From an uncultured Gammaproteobacteria bacterium (GTDB taxonomy: Bacteria; Pseudomonadota; Gammaproteobacteria; UBA4575), in assembly GCA_951812785.1 (NCBI GenBank), contig OX638335.1, positions 1,745,963 to 1,809,962 on the forward strand: DNA of 64,000 nt, written 5' to 3'. Of the stretch, positions 62,733 to 64,000 are shown one piece after another (positions within the stretch are counted from its first letter, which is position 1; every line of letters begins with the position of its first letter). The notes beneath the pieces are model-generated. The model had not been told where the DNA came from. It saw only the letters and a program-made list of their open reading frames with translations, and did not search any database. The position numbers were made by a program, and so were the translations under genes.

Positions 62733-63530
62733 TTACAACCCTTGATATCTAACACCGGTGTTCAACCCTAGATCAGCACGAATCTGTGTGCCGCCAAAGT
62801 CTTTTAGGCGTTTTGAAATTTCACTTTGTGGATCATTAAGATCACCAAATACTATCGCTTGATGGCCATCTTTTTCACACGCTTGCGCACATGCTGTCGT
62901 ATTGTCTCCAGCATCTACTTTATGCACACACATATTACAGCTATCAACACAGCCTTTTCCGCGAGGGGTACTTGGTAGTTGATCTTCCAACACTTCATGC
63001 ACGAATGATCGCGCCTTATACGGGCAAGCCATCATGCAATAACGGCAACCAATGCATGTATGCATATTGACTAACACTATTCCATCTTCACGTTTAAACG
63101 ATGCCCCTGTTGGGCACACGTCAACACATGGCGGATGCTCACAGTGTTGGCACATGACAGGAAATGATTTTGTATTTTGCGTAGATGGATCTTTAACAGT
63201 CAGTTTTCTAATCCATTGCGAATCTGTACTTGAGCCCTCTTCAGGCCATAAACCGTGTTCATCATTACACGCCGTGACACAAGCATCACAATCTTCTGTA
63301 CATTGGTTAACGTTTACTAACATCCCCCAACGCACTTTATTTGTCACTGCTTGATCTGCTGGCTTCGCTGAAGCAATCTGATAAAGCATCACGCCCGGCG
63401 CGACGGCTAAGCCAGATGCCCCAACCAAACCTCCAATAAATGAACGCTTGCTTTGATCCGTTTTCTGCTCATCTGTGACTTGCTCAGACTTGCGTAATAA
63501 TTTATATGCTTTATTGACGACGTTATTCAT
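62733..63530 (-). CDS. dsrO: DsrO (periplasmic 4Fe-4S protein)
   Basis: Tat-like KRSF signal, RWGMLV, CQHCEHPPCVDVCP and CIGCRYCMMACPY. The exact start is uncertain. Confidence 0.92.
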   Translation of the reverse strand: MNNVVNKAYKLLRKSEQVTDEQKTDQSKRSFIGGLVGASGLAVAPGVMLYQIASAKPADQAVTNKVRWGMLVNVNQCTEDCDACVTACNDEHGLWPEEGSSTDSQWIRKLTVKDPSTQNTKSFPVMCQHCEHPPCVDVCPTGASFKREDGIVLVNMHTCIGCRYCMMACPYKARSFVHEVLEDQLPSTPRGKGCVDSCNMCVHKVDAGDNTTACAQACEKDGHQAIVFGDLNDPQSEISKRLKDFGGTQIRADLGLNTGVRYQGL

Positions 63531-63547
63531 TTTGACTAGTCCGACAT

Positions 63548-64000
63548 TTACTGAGCTGACAATAGACTGGATTTCAAGATTAGTTCATTAGCACTGGACT
63601 TCATGTCTGCATGAGGATTAATTCCGTTGGCAGTATGTTGCTTAATCGCTTCTCGCACCGCTGACTCTGGGCGGTCTGCATGACATTGGAAACAATCTAT
63701 ACTAACCGCAGCATAACTATGGCAACTCGCACAGAAGTGCTCTTCACTATTTGAGTAACGCGCATATTCTCCATCTTTATTTGGAGTGATATGACAATCA
63801 ATACAATTTTTTAGACTATGTTTCTCTGTACGTATGCCACGTAATACAGTTTCATCACGTTGATGTAATACAGTCTCAAAATGATTGGTACGCATCCATA
63901 CAGGATCCTCTACACACTGTTCTCCTTTAGGTGGAGGCACTTTGCTTCCATCCGCAATCACGACTGTGCTTATGGCCACTATTATTAGCCCTACAAAAAC
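63548..64000 (-). CDS. dsrJ: DsrJ (triheme cytochrome c), 5' truncated by window edge
   Basis: Three CxxCH motifs (CIDCH, CASCH, CFQCH) plus CVE...MR.NH...HQRD.T...GIR; the frame is open to base 64000. Confidence 0.92.
   Translation of the reverse strand, partial: VFVGLIIVAISTVVIADGSKVPPPKGEQCVEDPVWMRTNHFETVLHQRDETVLRGIRTEKHSLKNCIDCHITPNKDGEYARYSNSEEHFCASCHSYAAVSIDCFQCHADRPESAVREAIKQHTANGINPHADMKSSANELILKSSLLSAQ

Overview
Core-genome segment of a moderately AT-rich, sulfur-oxidising gammaproteobacterium; the window ends inside the dsrJOP genes of the reverse Dsr pathway. Gene order: fdhD (partial), rubrerythrin/Fe-S oxidoreductase/DUF3501 operon, xseB-ispA-dxs-folE2, bamC-dapA, an AI-2E transporter, a LysR regulator, proS, an orphan ABC solute-binding protein, clpB-pgeF-rluD/bamD, nadE, a type IV pilus locus, coaE-zapD, a Nudix fusion, argJ, secA, a complete dcw cluster (mraZ to lpxC), rnpB, rsmI-lpoA-yraN-gmhA, a GlcD-like oxidoreductase and dsrPOJ. 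No mobile elements, CRISPR arrays, rRNA or tRNA genes were seen. The strongest signal is ongoing gene decay. An SDR gene, pilC and rsmI are broken by deletions. A ~150 bp fused remnant of pilS-pilR appears to lie upstream of the pilin. The pilin start is frameshifted in an A-tract. Several usually syntenic genes are missing, and conserved motifs of essential proteins carry changes best explained by C:G->T:A transitions. Together this suggests a host-associated chemosynthetic symbiont partway through genome reduction (inference). An exact Irr/ICE-type operator upstream of the rubrerythrin operon and a 10-bp-period tandem repeat upstream of the pilin promoter also stand out. All family assignments come from recalled motifs and synteny, not from database searches.
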